From the IMG/VR virus record IMGVR_UViG_3300032167_000004, positions 96,001 through 160,000 of that record: a stretch of 64,000 nucleotides of DNA, one strand, 5' to 3'. Position numbers and translations under genes: made by a program. Numbering within the stretch: position 1 is the first letter of the stretch; the number at the start of each line of letters is the position of its first letter. The notes beneath the pieces are model-generated. The model searched no databases. It was given only the letters and a program-made list of their open reading frames with translations, and had not been told where the DNA came from. This DNA is from a virus. Its lineage: Duplodnaviria > Caudoviricetes. Below, piece by piece: positions 39,507 to 49,280 of this stretch.

Positions 39507-39899
39507 TTATTTTTCAACAGGATTCTCTTCAAAAATTTTTCTCATAGTCTTTAATGCAAGATCAATACAGTCATCAATCCATTTTATAATATCTGCTTGA
39601 TTACTAACTTTAGATAAAATAGGATACATAGTGAATACATTATCAATAACTTGTGCACGTTTGATTTCACCAGATTGTACCCATTCACGATAATCACATT
39701 CAGCTTCAGTTACTAAACGAAGCATGATAACTTTAATCTGAGATTTTGCGATTTCAACCTGTTCTTCTTTAGATTTTTTAGAAATATTTTTAATATTATC
39801 ATAGATAATAAATGCTACTGTAATAATAGCACTAATCATAGTCCAATTTTCATCAAGAAAATTAAGAAAATTATCAATACCGTTTATACCAATATTCAT
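39507..39899 (-). CDS. Holin-like protein (LL-H-type architecture)
   Basis: Single N-terminal TM then LVTEAE.......GEIKR.QV. Confidence 0.65.
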   Translation of the reverse strand: MNIGINGIDNFLNFLDENWTMISAIITVAFIIYDNIKNISKKSKEEQVEIAKSQIKVIMLRLVTEAECDYREWVQSGEIKRAQVIDNVFTMYPILSKVSNQADIIKWIDDCIDLALKTMRKIFEENPVEK

Positions 39900-39914
39900 A
39901 ATAATTATCTCCCT

Positions 39915-40310
39915 TTATAATACAGGTTCATCAGTTACTGGAGTATCATATACTTGGTTATTTAATGATGCCATAGCTGTCTCATAAGTAATACCACCAA
40001 CTGTATTTTGTTTAGTAGACTTAACAAAATAACCTATAACGATAGTAGATAATGAGACTATTACACCAACCATTGCATATAAAGCATTTGTATCACCAGT
40101 TCTCACAATCATCCACTGACAGAAAAATAAAATTTCTACACAGAGAAGAGCAGCGACAATTAATACTATCTTACTAGTAGAAGGTAATACAAATTTAGGC
40201 CAATGCTTCATACGTTCTTCACGTAATCTCTTCTTATATTCAATGGTTTTATTTCTTTTTTGAATTTTTGCCATTTTTACATCAAATTGCTTTGAAGTCA
40301 TATAAATCAT
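39915..40310 (-). CDS. Two-TM membrane protein, holin-like
   Basis: Basic N-terminus, two hydrophobic helices, Y..KS..QNT.GGI.YE. Confidence 0.6.
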   Translation of the reverse strand: MIYMTSKQFDVKMAKIQKRNKTIEYKKRLREERMKHWPKFVLPSTSKIVLIVAALLCVEILFFCQWMIVRTGDTNALYAMVGVIVSLSTIVIGYFVKSTKQNTVGGITYETAMASLNNQVYDTPVTDEPVL

Positions 40311-40315
40311 AATAA

Positions 40316-41137
40316 TCACCCTTGAATATTAAATGTATTACAAACTTTATTAATGAATTTAGCAAAGAATTTTCCAGTATTAGATTTAAAAGGTTTCTTT
40401 ATATGGACAGCATCTTCAATGATATTATCCATAACAGCCCAACATTCTTCCATACCCATTTCATAAGGAAGGATGAATTTACCATTAATACCCCATTCTT
40501 CACCCCAAGAGTTCTGGATTTTCCAACCACGTTCATCCCATCCATAGATGAACATGCAGTGACCACCGGCATAACCTATATAATTAGTATTAAGGATACC
40601 GTCACCGTCAACTTCCATATCTTCATACCACATCATTGCCATTAATAAAGGAATACCTTTACTTAAAGCTAATTTAGCAGCACTAATTGTATTAACACGG
40701 CAATAACTACTTATACGATTAGGATAACCTACTTCATATAAATTTTCTGCTTGTTTTTCATATAATTTAATAGCTTTAGGAGTTTCTTCATTATAAGGGA
40801 AATATTCATGAGGAACATCACCAAATTTTACAACAATATCTAATGCATCACGCATAACCATACCAGGTTCTTTATGTTCTGAATTAGAACGGTTACCATA
40901 AATATAACCTACACTCATTTCTGCAGGATCATTACGCTGAATATTATTATAGTATTCAATAATACTAGATAAAGAATGTGCTACACATGAACCAGTATCC
41001 ATTTGATTTTTAATTCTAACAGTTTCTAATTCAAATTCTTTAGGAAAATCTTGTACAGATGTAGTACAGACCATTTTATAATCTCTAACATCTACTTTAG
41101 AAAAGATAGCACCACATGGACCACGCATATATTTCAC
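40316..41137 (-). CDS. Papain-like (C1A) cysteine peptidase
   Basis: NQ...GSCVAH, GGHC....GW, IQNSWG.EWG catalytic motifs. Confidence 0.88.
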   Translation of the reverse strand: MKYMRGPCGAIFSKVDVRDYKMVCTTSVQDFPKEFELETVRIKNQMDTGSCVAHSLSSIIEYYNNIQRNDPAEMSVGYIYGNRSNSEHKEPGMVMRDALDIVVKFGDVPHEYFPYNEETPKAIKLYEKQAENLYEVGYPNRISSYCRVNTISAAKLALSKGIPLLMAMMWYEDMEVDGDGILNTNYIGYAGGHCMFIYGWDERGWKIQNSWGEEWGINGKFILPYEMGMEECWAVMDNIIEDAVHIKKPFKSNTGKFFAKFINKVCNTFNIQG

Positions 41138-41165
41138 CTCATTCTATAATAATTGGTTTATATAA

Positions 41166-41195
41166 ATAACCCTGGTTATATATAACCAGGGTTAT
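41166..41195. terminator. 30-bp perfect palindrome / terminator
   Basis: ATAACCCTGGTTATATATAACCAGGGTTAT. Confidence 0.7.
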
Positions 41196-41204
41196 ATTTT
41201 TTAA

Positions 41205-41606
41205 TTATTCGACAATCTCCCAGTTAAGAGCATACTGATCGGGATTATAAACATTAGCCGGTACTTTAGAACGATATAATACATCCTTCCACCAACCACA
41301 TTCACCCTGAGCGAATGCTAAACCAACAGTAATAGTTTCAGGAATAATACGATAACCATCTTTATAATTAAGATTTTCCCATAAAGTAGGAGCGTTATCA
41401 GGATTATTCTCAGTTCTATCCCATAAGTCTACTGCTGCACGCTTTAATACACCATTCCAATTGATACGAGTACCAGCAGGAACTAAAGAACCGTTATTCT
41501 TTAAAGTAGGATATAAATTAGCTGCCTTACTAGCCTGTGCGTCAGTTGCTTCATTTCTAAATTTTACAAATGCTTCAATAAAAGCCTGTGCTTCATTTCT
41601 AGTCAT
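41205..41606 (-). CDS. Small tail-module protein with Trp-rich carbohydrate-binding-like repeats
   Basis: YP.L......G.RI.WNG.L....P..APTLW; GE..WW...LYRS....NVYNP..Y...W. Confidence 0.6.
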   Translation of the reverse strand: MTRNEAQAFIEAFVKFRNEATDAQASKAANLYPTLKNNGSLVPAGTRINWNGVLKRAAVDLWDRTENNPDNAPTLWENLNYKDGYRIIPETITVGLAFAQGECGWWKDVLYRSKVPANVYNPDQYALNWEIVE

Positions 41607-41607
41607 A

Positions 41608-41925
41608 TTATAAGACCTCCTGTAACATATTAATCAATTCTTCAGATTGTTTTGCATTAAAATAATCCATAGCGATTTTTGCAGGTTCAATTGTACAGAT
41701 TTCTTCAGTACCATGTAAACCACCTTCTTTAATTGCAAAGACAGTATCTTCACAAGTATTGAAGGTATTATTATTTTCATCAGTCATTTCCTTAGGTACT
41801 TTTACACAAATACCTTCGGCATGTGCTTCATCAGTGATAACATAACATCCATTATTAGGATTTAATTTAATATAAGTAATATTATCTACATAATGAGTTT
41901 TACCATTTGAAGTAATTGAATACAT
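41608..41925 (-). CDS. Hypothetical tail-module protein
   Basis: GAGGTG RBS; YIKL...GCYV..E..AEGI. Confidence 0.7.
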   Translation of the reverse strand: MYSITSNGKTHYVDNITYIKLNPNNGCYVITDEAHAEGICVKVPKEMTDENNNTFNTCEDTVFAIKEGGLHGTEEICTIEPAKIAMDYFNAKQSEELINMLQEVL

Positions 41926-41936
41926 AAACTCACCTC

Positions 41937-42230
41937 TTATAATACTTCTTCAATCATAGAATAGAATTCTTCAGAAGAAATCTCTTGTTCAGAAACTTCA
42001 CCTTCTAAGGAGATTCTTTCATCAACTCTTCTTTGAATTTCTTCCTGCCATTCAGTAGGAACTTCATCAATAGTAATTTCTTTACTATATAATTTATTAA
42101 CAAGAGAGGCTTTCTCTCTAATTTCAGTTAAAAAAGCATTATACTGCTCTTCAGTAATTTCGGTACCACCAGGACCAGTACCGATAGCAACTAATTTATT
42201 TTCTTCATTATATTGTGCGTAGTATCTCAT
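41937..42230 (-). CDS. Small tail-module protein (MRYYAQYN family, copy 2)
   Basis: Paralog of 37691..37984. Confidence 0.75.
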   Translation of the reverse strand: MRYYAQYNEENKLVAIGTGPGGTEITEEQYNAFLTEIREKASLVNKLYSKEITIDEVPTEWQEEIQRRVDERISLEGEVSEQEISSEEFYSMIEEVL

Positions 42231-42231
42231 A

Positions 42232-43404
42232 TCAAATCACTCCTATAAGCCATGTATAAGTGTTACCAGAAACAAGTGGGTATGCAGCACAGTTATATGT
42301 AATTGTAGATTCATTAGCTAAACAAAGACCAAAAGTATTTACGGGATCTTCCCTTAAATCAACACTATCTGAATAACTCGTATATATTTGTTGCCCTCCA
42401 ACTGTTCCCCCATATCTATGGTGTGCATGAAAAGCAAAATTTTTTACACGTATTTCACTAACAAATCTAGATACATTACCACTAATTTTAAAATATCCTT
42501 TATAAAAAAGTACTGCGAAATTTGGAACCTGTTCAAAATTATGCTGTATCTCGTAAGTATTAGTATCCTCGGCAATTGTGAATGATCCAGTTTTATATAT
42601 GATTTCTGGATTAGATTGAATTACAGTTCCGATAATACCAAAAATATCTACACCGCTTAATACATTTTCCGGTTTTAAATTATTAGATAATGTCTGAATG
42701 ATTGGATAATATTCTTCATCAACAAAAGTGGTGCCCACATTATTTAGTCTAAACTGAATACTATCATTATTTTTACTGTTAGATGGATCTTTTATAAATT
42801 TAACATCAATAAAATGATTACCAATTGGTACATTTTCATATGTCAAAGTAACAATATCCAGTGAATGTTTAGTTTTGAAATTCATTTTTACATCAGAATC
42901 TGCAGATGAATCTAATGCCAATGCAGTATTTAAATTACCAAATAAACCATAATCATAAGATGGTTCTGCATAGTTTATAACATCAATAGATATATCGCAC
43001 TCTTTATCTACAACAAGATTTATTCTACAAATTGCATAAGATGAATTCATTCTCTTATTTTGACTTTCATAATAACCATTTTCATTTAATGTGAAACCAA
43101 AACTTGCGCCTGGTATTGGGTTTACTGTATAATTATATTTTTTTTTCTCATATGGAATATACTGTTTGTTTGGATCATATTCAATACCAGCAATCAATCC
43201 AGCTAAATCATTAACATTAGCCCCATCAGGAACTTCAACACCCTTATCAACTAAAGCACTTAATGCATTATTTACTGCAGAACTTGCATCGTTAATGTTA
43301 TTTATCATACCATTAACAGACATTTCTCCAGATCCAATTAAGTTTCTTATAGCATCAGCAACATTAACTAAGTTCTGTTTTTCACCTATGACTAAATCAC
43401 TCAT
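42232..43404 (-). CDS. Putative receptor-binding protein
   Basis: EKQNLVNVADAIR N-terminus, KGVEVPDG, inserted beta-sandwich, NLKPENVLSGVDIFG. Confidence 0.7.
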   Translation of the reverse strand: MSDLVIGEKQNLVNVADAIRNLIGSGEMSVNGMINNINDASSAVNNALSALVDKGVEVPDGANVNDLAGLIAGIEYDPNKQYIPYEKKKYNYTVNPIPGASFGFTLNENGYYESQNKRMNSSYAICRINLVVDKECDISIDVINYAEPSYDYGLFGNLNTALALDSSADSDVKMNFKTKHSLDIVTLTYENVPIGNHFIDVKFIKDPSNSKNNDSIQFRLNNVGTTFVDEEYYPIIQTLSNNLKPENVLSGVDIFGIIGTVIQSNPEIIYKTGSFTIAEDTNTYEIQHNFEQVPNFAVLFYKGYFKISGNVSRFVSEIRVKNFAFHAHHRYGGTVGGQQIYTSYSDSVDLREDPVNTFGLCLANESTITYNCAAYPLVSGNTYTWLIGVI

Positions 43405-44189
43405 TAGTACATCACCTCATTCATAGAGTAAATGTTACTTCCACAGATAGCATCGATATCTGCATCACTTATAGGAGTGACAATATTATCATCAATTCTA
43501 CTATTAATACTATCAATAGCTTCTTTTACTACTTTATTTTGTACAGGGTTTACACTACTAGTAGATAAAGAACTATCAACAATAGTTCTATTAGCACCCT
43601 CTTCAATTTCATCTAATTTACTCTTAGCATTATTCCAATTAGTTCTCTCTGTACTGGTAATATGAGCAGTAGTATTATTAATATGAGTAGTCAAATCACT
43701 ACTTAATGCTTTCTTACCAACTTCAGTTGTTAAACTATCAATTAAACCTTTTAATACAACACCTTGAGATGCACTTAAAGTTTTAGTAGCAACATTAGTG
43801 GTTAAATTATCAACAATATCACTTACATTAACTTTATTATTAGTAACACCTTCGATTAAAGACTTATTATTTTTAATATAAGCAACGATTTCACTTAATT
43901 GGTCTAAAGTTGTATCATCACTATTAGCTAAAGTATTTAATCTGGTTGTTAAATTATTAATTAAGATACGAATATCTTCATGTGCTGTATTATTTACATT
44001 ATGATTAGATACAGCAGTATTTGCAGTACCTGTAGGATCTGCACCAACATCAGATGCAGTTAATGTAATATCAGATTCTAATGATTTATTATTAATCGTT
44101 CTGGATACAGGAACATTCTGTGAAATTTTACCAAGAATATGTGTCCATAAACGACTAAGTCCATCTGGACCTAAAAAATTAAATTCCAT
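43404..44189 (-). CDS. Fibre adaptor protein
   Basis: DGLSRLW N-terminus, SDDTTLDQLSE module, DADIDAIC C-terminus. Confidence 0.75.
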   Translation of the reverse strand: MEFNFLGPDGLSRLWTHILGKISQNVPVSRTINNKSLESDITLTASDVGADPTGTANTAVSNHNVNNTAHEDIRILINNLTTRLNTLANSDDTTLDQLSEIVAYIKNNKSLIEGVTNNKVNVSDIVDNLTTNVATKTLSASQGVVLKGLIDSLTTEVGKKALSSDLTTHINNTTAHITSTERTNWNNAKSKLDEIEEGANRTIVDSSLSTSSVNPVQNKVVKEAIDSINSRIDDNIVTPISDADIDAICGSNIYSMNEVMY

Positions 44190-44219
44190 TGGTATATCTT
44201 ACCTCCTTAATTTAATTAT

Positions 44220-44281
44220 TTTACTATATAATTTATTAACAAGAGAGGCTTTCTCTCTAACGTCAGTTAAAAGAGTATTAT
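44220..44281 (-). pseudogene. Remnant fragment of a MRYYAQYN-family gene
   Basis: About 40 bp identical plus ~20 bp similar to 42081-42142. Confidence 0.75.
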
Positions 44282-44287
44282 ATTAAC

Positions 44288-44959
44288 TCATTCTGAACGC
44301 TCACCTACAATAATCCAGCCATATATTTTACCAGCTTTAAAAGTATAATTGGATTTACAAAATGTATATGGCATAGTCTGACCAGATTTTGGAAAGTATG
44401 TGATATTCATATTATTTCCACCAGTTTCGTCTTTTGAAGTATCGATTGTTATGGTATTATTTTGAACTCGTGCACGAGATATTGCATATGTTCGTGTACC
44501 ATCATGATAATGTTGATTTTTCGTAACATATAATGTCTCATAATTAGTTACATCATAATCACTCATTAAAAATACAGATGCATAATATCTATAATTATTG
44601 TTACCATTTAATATTGCATATACCTCCGAATGAATACTATCTCCTGACTTAGTTAAATATATTAAACCATCATCTACTGCTGGTATCACAGTTCCAGTAT
44701 AAACCTTCAACCCATTTATTTCAGACATACCAGTTATATTAGCAATTAATTTAGCCAATCCATCAACTTTCGTTTCATCAGGTACAGTTACACCTTTTTC
44801 AATCAAAGCATTTAAAGCATTAGTTACATCAGTATTAATACTATCAACATTTGATTTCATTTCTTGGATACTTAATTGATCACTAATACCTTTTACTGAT
44901 CTAATTGAATCAGCAATATTGACTAGATCCTGTTTTTCACAAATAACAAGTTCACTCAT
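44288..44959 (-). CDS. Putative receptor-binding protein
   Basis: EKQDLVNIADSIR N-terminus, KGVTVPDETKVDGLA, different C-domain. Confidence 0.7.
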   Translation of the reverse strand: MSELVICEKQDLVNIADSIRSVKGISDQLSIQEMKSNVDSINTDVTNALNALIEKGVTVPDETKVDGLAKLIANITGMSEINGLKVYTGTVIPAVDDGLIYLTKSGDSIHSEVYAILNGNNNYRYYASVFLMSDYDVTNYETLYVTKNQHYHDGTRTYAISRARVQNNTITIDTSKDETGGNNMNITYFPKSGQTMPYTFCKSNYTFKAGKIYGWIIVGERSE

Positions 44960-46162
44960 TTAGAATAACACCTCACTTGCAGAATAAACAGTTCCACCAC
45001 ATATACCATCAATAATATCATTACTAATGTATCCTACAGTAGGAATTGCTTCCTGAATACTATTCAACTCAGTTTTAATAACTTTATTTTGTACAGGATT
45101 TTCACTAGTATCAGATAAACTAGTATCAACAATAGTTTTATTAGCACCTTCTTCAATAGTATCTAACTTAACCTTATCCTCAGATAACATTAATCCTGCT
45201 TCTGTCTCACTAACTTCTGTAGGAATATCAGAAACTCTAGCAATATTACCAGAAATGAATTCATCATCAATATAGGTTAAAGTTTCAGATACATTTTTAA
45301 GAATTTTAATAGTATGGGTTCCGCTACCCTTTACATATATTTCATTAGTGTATGCAGAAATACCAAAAGGATAACTTGGATCATTAACTCTACACCATGG
45401 TCCACTATCACCTAATATTGGTACAGATGTTCCATCAGCTAAGCTGTCATAAAATGGCATACATCTATATTCAATACCATCACATATTACAATATGTTCA
45501 ACATTTTCAAAATCTGGTATATCAACACCGATTGGGAATGCAATATAACCAGTGGTACCATTAACTCTAATTTCATCTAAAACAACAGTTTCAGTTCTTT
45601 CTCTACCAAAAGGTTTATTTTGTAATTCATCCCAACTGTTAATTGCACCAATATTTTTTCGTATCTGGGATTGTTGATTTTCATTAAAATTCTGAGGAAC
45701 TGAAAGAACGGCATCATTAACTTTAATCTTATCTTCAGGGGACATCAAACCTGCTTCAGATTCACTTGCAATATTATAAGTGGTATCTTTAGCTCTGATT
45801 TCAATAGCGTCACCGTCAGCATTAACATCAAAAATAACATTTTCACCAGAAGTAATATGCATAATATCACTCGTAGTGTCAGCCATAATAGCCATTTCAT
45901 TAAATTTGATAGCTGCAAATGCATTCTGGTTAACTTCCGCACCAGCCTGAATATTATCAAGTTTATTTTTATAATCAGGTGTCATTAAACCTGATTTAGT
46001 ATCTGTAACATCAGCAATGGATAAATCATAAGTAGTAGTTTGTCCATTTTTTGTAATAGATACAATATTATTAGTTATAGAAACACTTTCTATATAATTA
46101 GTCTTAAGTAAATTAATTAAATAATTAATTTGCGAGTCTTTAATTGATTTATTTTTAGACAT
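44960..46162 (-). CDS. Fibre adaptor protein
   Basis: KDSQINYLI N-terminus, GLM..DK.KLD and SENPVQNKVI repeats. Confidence 0.75.
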   Translation of the reverse strand: MSKNKSIKDSQINYLINLLKTNYIESVSITNNIVSITKNGQTTTYDLSIADVTDTKSGLMTPDYKNKLDNIQAGAEVNQNAFAAIKFNEMAIMADTTSDIMHITSGENVIFDVNADGDAIEIRAKDTTYNIASESEAGLMSPEDKIKVNDAVLSVPQNFNENQQSQIRKNIGAINSWDELQNKPFGRERTETVVLDEIRVNGTTGYIAFPIGVDIPDFENVEHIVICDGIEYRCMPFYDSLADGTSVPILGDSGPWCRVNDPSYPFGISAYTNEIYVKGSGTHTIKILKNVSETLTYIDDEFISGNIARVSDIPTEVSETEAGLMLSEDKVKLDTIEEGANKTIVDTSLSDTSENPVQNKVIKTELNSIQEAIPTVGYISNDIIDGICGGTVYSASEVLF

Positions 46163-46230
46163 AAATAAGTCAAACCTCCCTTTAACTAATTTTTATATTA
46201 TTATAATGTATATTTTTTATAAAGAAAAAA

Positions 46231-46264
46231 ACTTGGTATGTGAGAATTAACTCACATACCAAGT
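46231..46264 (-). terminator. Terminator hairpin
   Basis: ACTTGGTATGTGAG-AATTAA-CTCACATACCAAGT with minus-strand U-tract. Confidence 0.85.
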
Positions 46265-46304
46265 CGATTAGTTAATTAGGAAATATATTTATAAAAGATA
46301 TTAA

Positions 46305-47612
46305 TTATGCAACAACGTAAGTACCGTCGAACATTGCATCGATATCTTCGTTAGTAACCCAAGTCAGATTATCCTGCTTACCAGAAATATCCTGATGCTC
46401 AGTTAATGCACCCAGATCAGCTGCAGAGATCTCAACAGCCTCAGAACCAGTATAGGTCTTAGTAACAGTACCCTCAGCATTCTTAACAGTCAGTGCAGTG
46501 GGGTTGGGCATAACAGTAGGCAGAGTTGCCTTAGTAACGGTAACCTTACCATTAGCCTGAGTAACCTCAGTAACGTAGTCACCCTCACCAACAGTCTCAT
46601 GAGCCAGACCATTGATCAGAGACTGAGCAGTACCAGCCTGATCAGCATCAACATCAGCATAAGTCAGCTCAATATTACCAGACAGTGCATGACCATTGAC
46701 AGTCTGAGTCTTCAGAACAAAGCTACCCTCATCACCCAGCTCATGCCATGCAGAACCGTCGAAGACATGCTCAACATTACCAACAATGATAACGTCACCA
46801 GACTCATAGCCAGTGTTATCAGTAGGAATCTCATCCTTGAAGCCTTCGAAGTGCATAGCACCAGTCAGACCAGCAGTCTTTTGGTCAGCGTATGCCTTAG
46901 CATCAGCCAGAGCCTGATCAGCCTTAGCAGTTGCATCAGCCTTAGCACCATAGATAGTGTCAGCAGTAGCAACGTCCTCAGCAGTACCAATCAGGTCAGT
47001 CTTAGCCTTAGAAACAGCATCCAGCTCAGCCTGATCAGCATAAGCCTGTGCATCCTCTAATGCCTTAGCAGCCTTCTCATCAGCATACTTACGAGTACCA
47101 TGGATAGTCAGCTTATCAGAGGTATCCTCAGCAGTACCAATAACACCAGAGTTGGTGTCAACAATAGCCTGATCCAGAGCAGCCTTGACACCGTAAACGG
47201 TCATAGTCTCAGCAGTATCAGCAGCAGTACCCAGAACTGCAGCAGCAGCACCAGCAGCATCAAAGAACTCAACGTTCTTATATGCAGCAGTACCCATGTT
47301 CTGTAACTCGATAGTTACAGTCTCGTCAGCAGCAGTAACCTTAACATTCTCACTACCAGCAATAGCGAAAGAGTCAGACTTAGCATCAGCAACGATAGTC
47401 TGATCACCAACAGTAACAGTAGCAAACGCATTCTGGTTAACTTCTGCACCATCAGCAATGCCATTTAATTTCTCTAACAGGGCATTGGTAAAGTCATTAG
47501 TAGATAAACCCTTACCAGTAACCTTGTCAACTTTAGTATCCAGCTTTTCATTAACTTTACCAATCAGATAATTAAGCTGTTCGTCTTTAACTGCCTTAAA
47601 AATAGAAGCCAT
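46305..47612 (-). CDS. Probably abundant fibre/decoration protein
   Basis: KVDKVTGKGLSTNDFT, AKAYAD coiled coil, WHELG, EHQDISGK motifs; high-expression-type codon usage. Confidence 0.75.
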   Translation of the reverse strand: MASIFKAVKDEQLNYLIGKVNEKLDTKVDKVTGKGLSTNDFTNALLEKLNGIADGAEVNQNAFATVTVGDQTIVADAKSDSFAIAGSENVKVTAADETVTIELQNMGTAAYKNVEFFDAAGAAAAVLGTAADTAETMTVYGVKAALDQAIVDTNSGVIGTAEDTSDKLTIHGTRKYADEKAAKALEDAQAYADQAELDAVSKAKTDLIGTAEDVATADTIYGAKADATAKADQALADAKAYADQKTAGLTGAMHFEGFKDEIPTDNTGYESGDVIIVGNVEHVFDGSAWHELGDEGSFVLKTQTVNGHALSGNIELTYADVDADQAGTAQSLINGLAHETVGEGDYVTEVTQANGKVTVTKATLPTVMPNPTALTVKNAEGTVTKTYTGSEAVEISAADLGALTEHQDISGKQDNLTWVTNEDIDAMFDGTYVVA

Positions 47613-47669
47613 AGTATTACACTCCTTATATTTTTATTTTTTTATATTTTATTAATATTAAATAGTTAG

Positions 47670-48362
47670 TTAGTCACTATTCTGATAAACGCCTTCGAAC
47701 ATAGCATCTATATCTTCATTAGTAACAAAACTAACTTTATCCTGTTTATTAATTAATTGTTCTTGAATATCAGTCATATCTGAACGTATTCTAACCATCA
47801 TGTCAGCTTGCGGTTCAACCATTATCAAAACATGATCAGCATCAATACGTTCCATAACCTGATAACCCATATCATTAGGTGAAGGGATTGCAGTACCATC
47901 ATCATCAGACACACATCTAGATTGTACACTACATCTACCTTTATCAATTACAGGAACAAATCCTGCGAATGCAACATAATCGAATTTAGGTAATAATCTA
48001 CCGTCATCACCAAATTTATCTCTACTAGCATTAGCAGCAAAACCAGGATTTAACATGGTTACACCACGAATATCCGATATGGACGTTGCTTTTACCATAC
48101 TAATACCAGTTGCACATGTTGATACAGATACAAAATAACCAATTCGATCTTCATTTTCAGGATTACCATCAGGCCATTCAGCAACTTCTGAGTAGTCAGC
48201 AAATTGTGATACAACAGTACCCTCATCAGTTAATAATAAAGTATTATCTTCAACTAAATATAATTCATTATCATTTATTAAATCATTGATAACATGATGT
48301 GAGTAAACTTCCTCAGGCATTATGTTAATTTTGAGAGAATTACTCTTTACAGTAGTTGCCAT
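47670..48362 (-). CDS. Peptidase G2 / intramolecular-chaperone-like domain protein
   Basis: ADYSE..EW.DGNP.NEDRIGYFV...G.V.V.D.G.C. Confidence 0.65.
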   Translation of the reverse strand: MATTVKSNSLKINIMPEEVYSHHVINDLINDNELYLVEDNTLLLTDEGTVVSQFADYSEVAEWPDGNPENEDRIGYFVSVSTCATGISMVKATSISDIRGVTMLNPGFAANASRDKFGDDGRLLPKFDYVAFAGFVPVIDKGRCSVQSRCVSDDDGTAIPSPNDMGYQVMERIDADHVLIMVEPQADMMVRIRSDMTDIQEQLINKQDKVSFVTNEDIDAMFEGVYQNSD

Positions 48363-48443
48363 TTATTTAAACTCACCACCTTTGTAGTAACTAAATCATT
48401 CAAAAATCTATTATAATATAGTTCGATTTAGTTATAGATAAAT

Positions 48444-49208
48444 TTATCTGTTGTTTTGTTCGTATTCTGTCAAAAACACATGAGTAAATTTATCAGGCAG
48501 TTTAATACCATATGTGATATTATTAATTACAATAATATCATTCAATGATTGAATATAAGATTTTAATCCATTGAAATATGTAGTATGATAAGTCTTAAAT
48601 TTTAAAGCCTTATCAATAATCATTTTCATATCTTCTCTGGAGAAATATCTACAACGTTCACCATCAGCATGATAAATAATTTTATCATTAGAAGTATTAA
48701 TAGTATTATTGATATTTAAAAGATTGATTTGATCTTCCATAGATAAAGAGAAATGGTATAAATTACCATCACTTAAAGTAATATCAAAACCATCAGTGAT
48801 AGTTTTATTACATTCGATACTCATGTCTAAAATTTTAACATTTTTGACATAATCGACTGTAATATCTTTCTCTTCTTCAACAATATCTTCTTTAACTTCT
48901 TCGACAATTTCTTCATCAGTGATAACTTTAATTTCTTCATTACGTTTAATAGCACTCAATAAAGCATTATACTCTTCTTCAGTGATATTGATGATATCAG
49001 CCTCTTCATATTTATATTTATCATTTTTTACAACAGGAGGCATCCAAGATTTATCTCTATATAAGATATTTCCAAATCTGACATATTCTGCATTTTTAGA
49101 ATCACATACTAATAGAATATTATTTGCTTTTTGATATTTTCTAAAATCTTTTTCAGTAATAACAGTAATAAAAGTATCATTATCTTTAATTATTTTATAA
49201 TATCTCAT
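48444..49208 (-). CDS. Putative tail-fibre assembly protein (DUF4376-like C-terminus)
   Basis: HFSLS.EDQ.NL...YHADGE.CR.FS..TYHTTYFN.LK.YI. Confidence 0.6.
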   Translation of the reverse strand: MRYYKIIKDNDTFITVITEKDFRKYQKANNILLVCDSKNAEYVRFGNILYRDKSWMPPVVKNDKYKYEEADIINITEEEYNALLSAIKRNEEIKVITDEEIVEEVKEDIVEEEKDITVDYVKNVKILDMSIECNKTITDGFDITLSDGNLYHFSLSMEDQINLLNINNTINTSNDKIIYHADGERCRYFSREDMKMIIDKALKFKTYHTTYFNGLKSYIQSLNDIIVINNITYGIKLPDKFTHVFLTEYEQNNR

Positions 49209-49232
49209 TTGTTTTCACTTCCTTTTTATAAA

Positions 49233-49270
49233 AATCTCACCATGTTAAAAAAATCTAACATGGTGAGATT
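49233..49270 (-). terminator. Terminator hairpin
   Basis: AATCTCACCATGTTA-8nt-TAACATGGTGAGATT. Confidence 0.7.
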
Positions 49271-49280
49271 ATATTAATAA

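Noticed and set aside
24637-46162. Invertase-driven shufflon among the tip cassettes
   Set aside because: All cassettes are co-oriented, each has its own start, and no recombinase or inverted crossover sites are visible.
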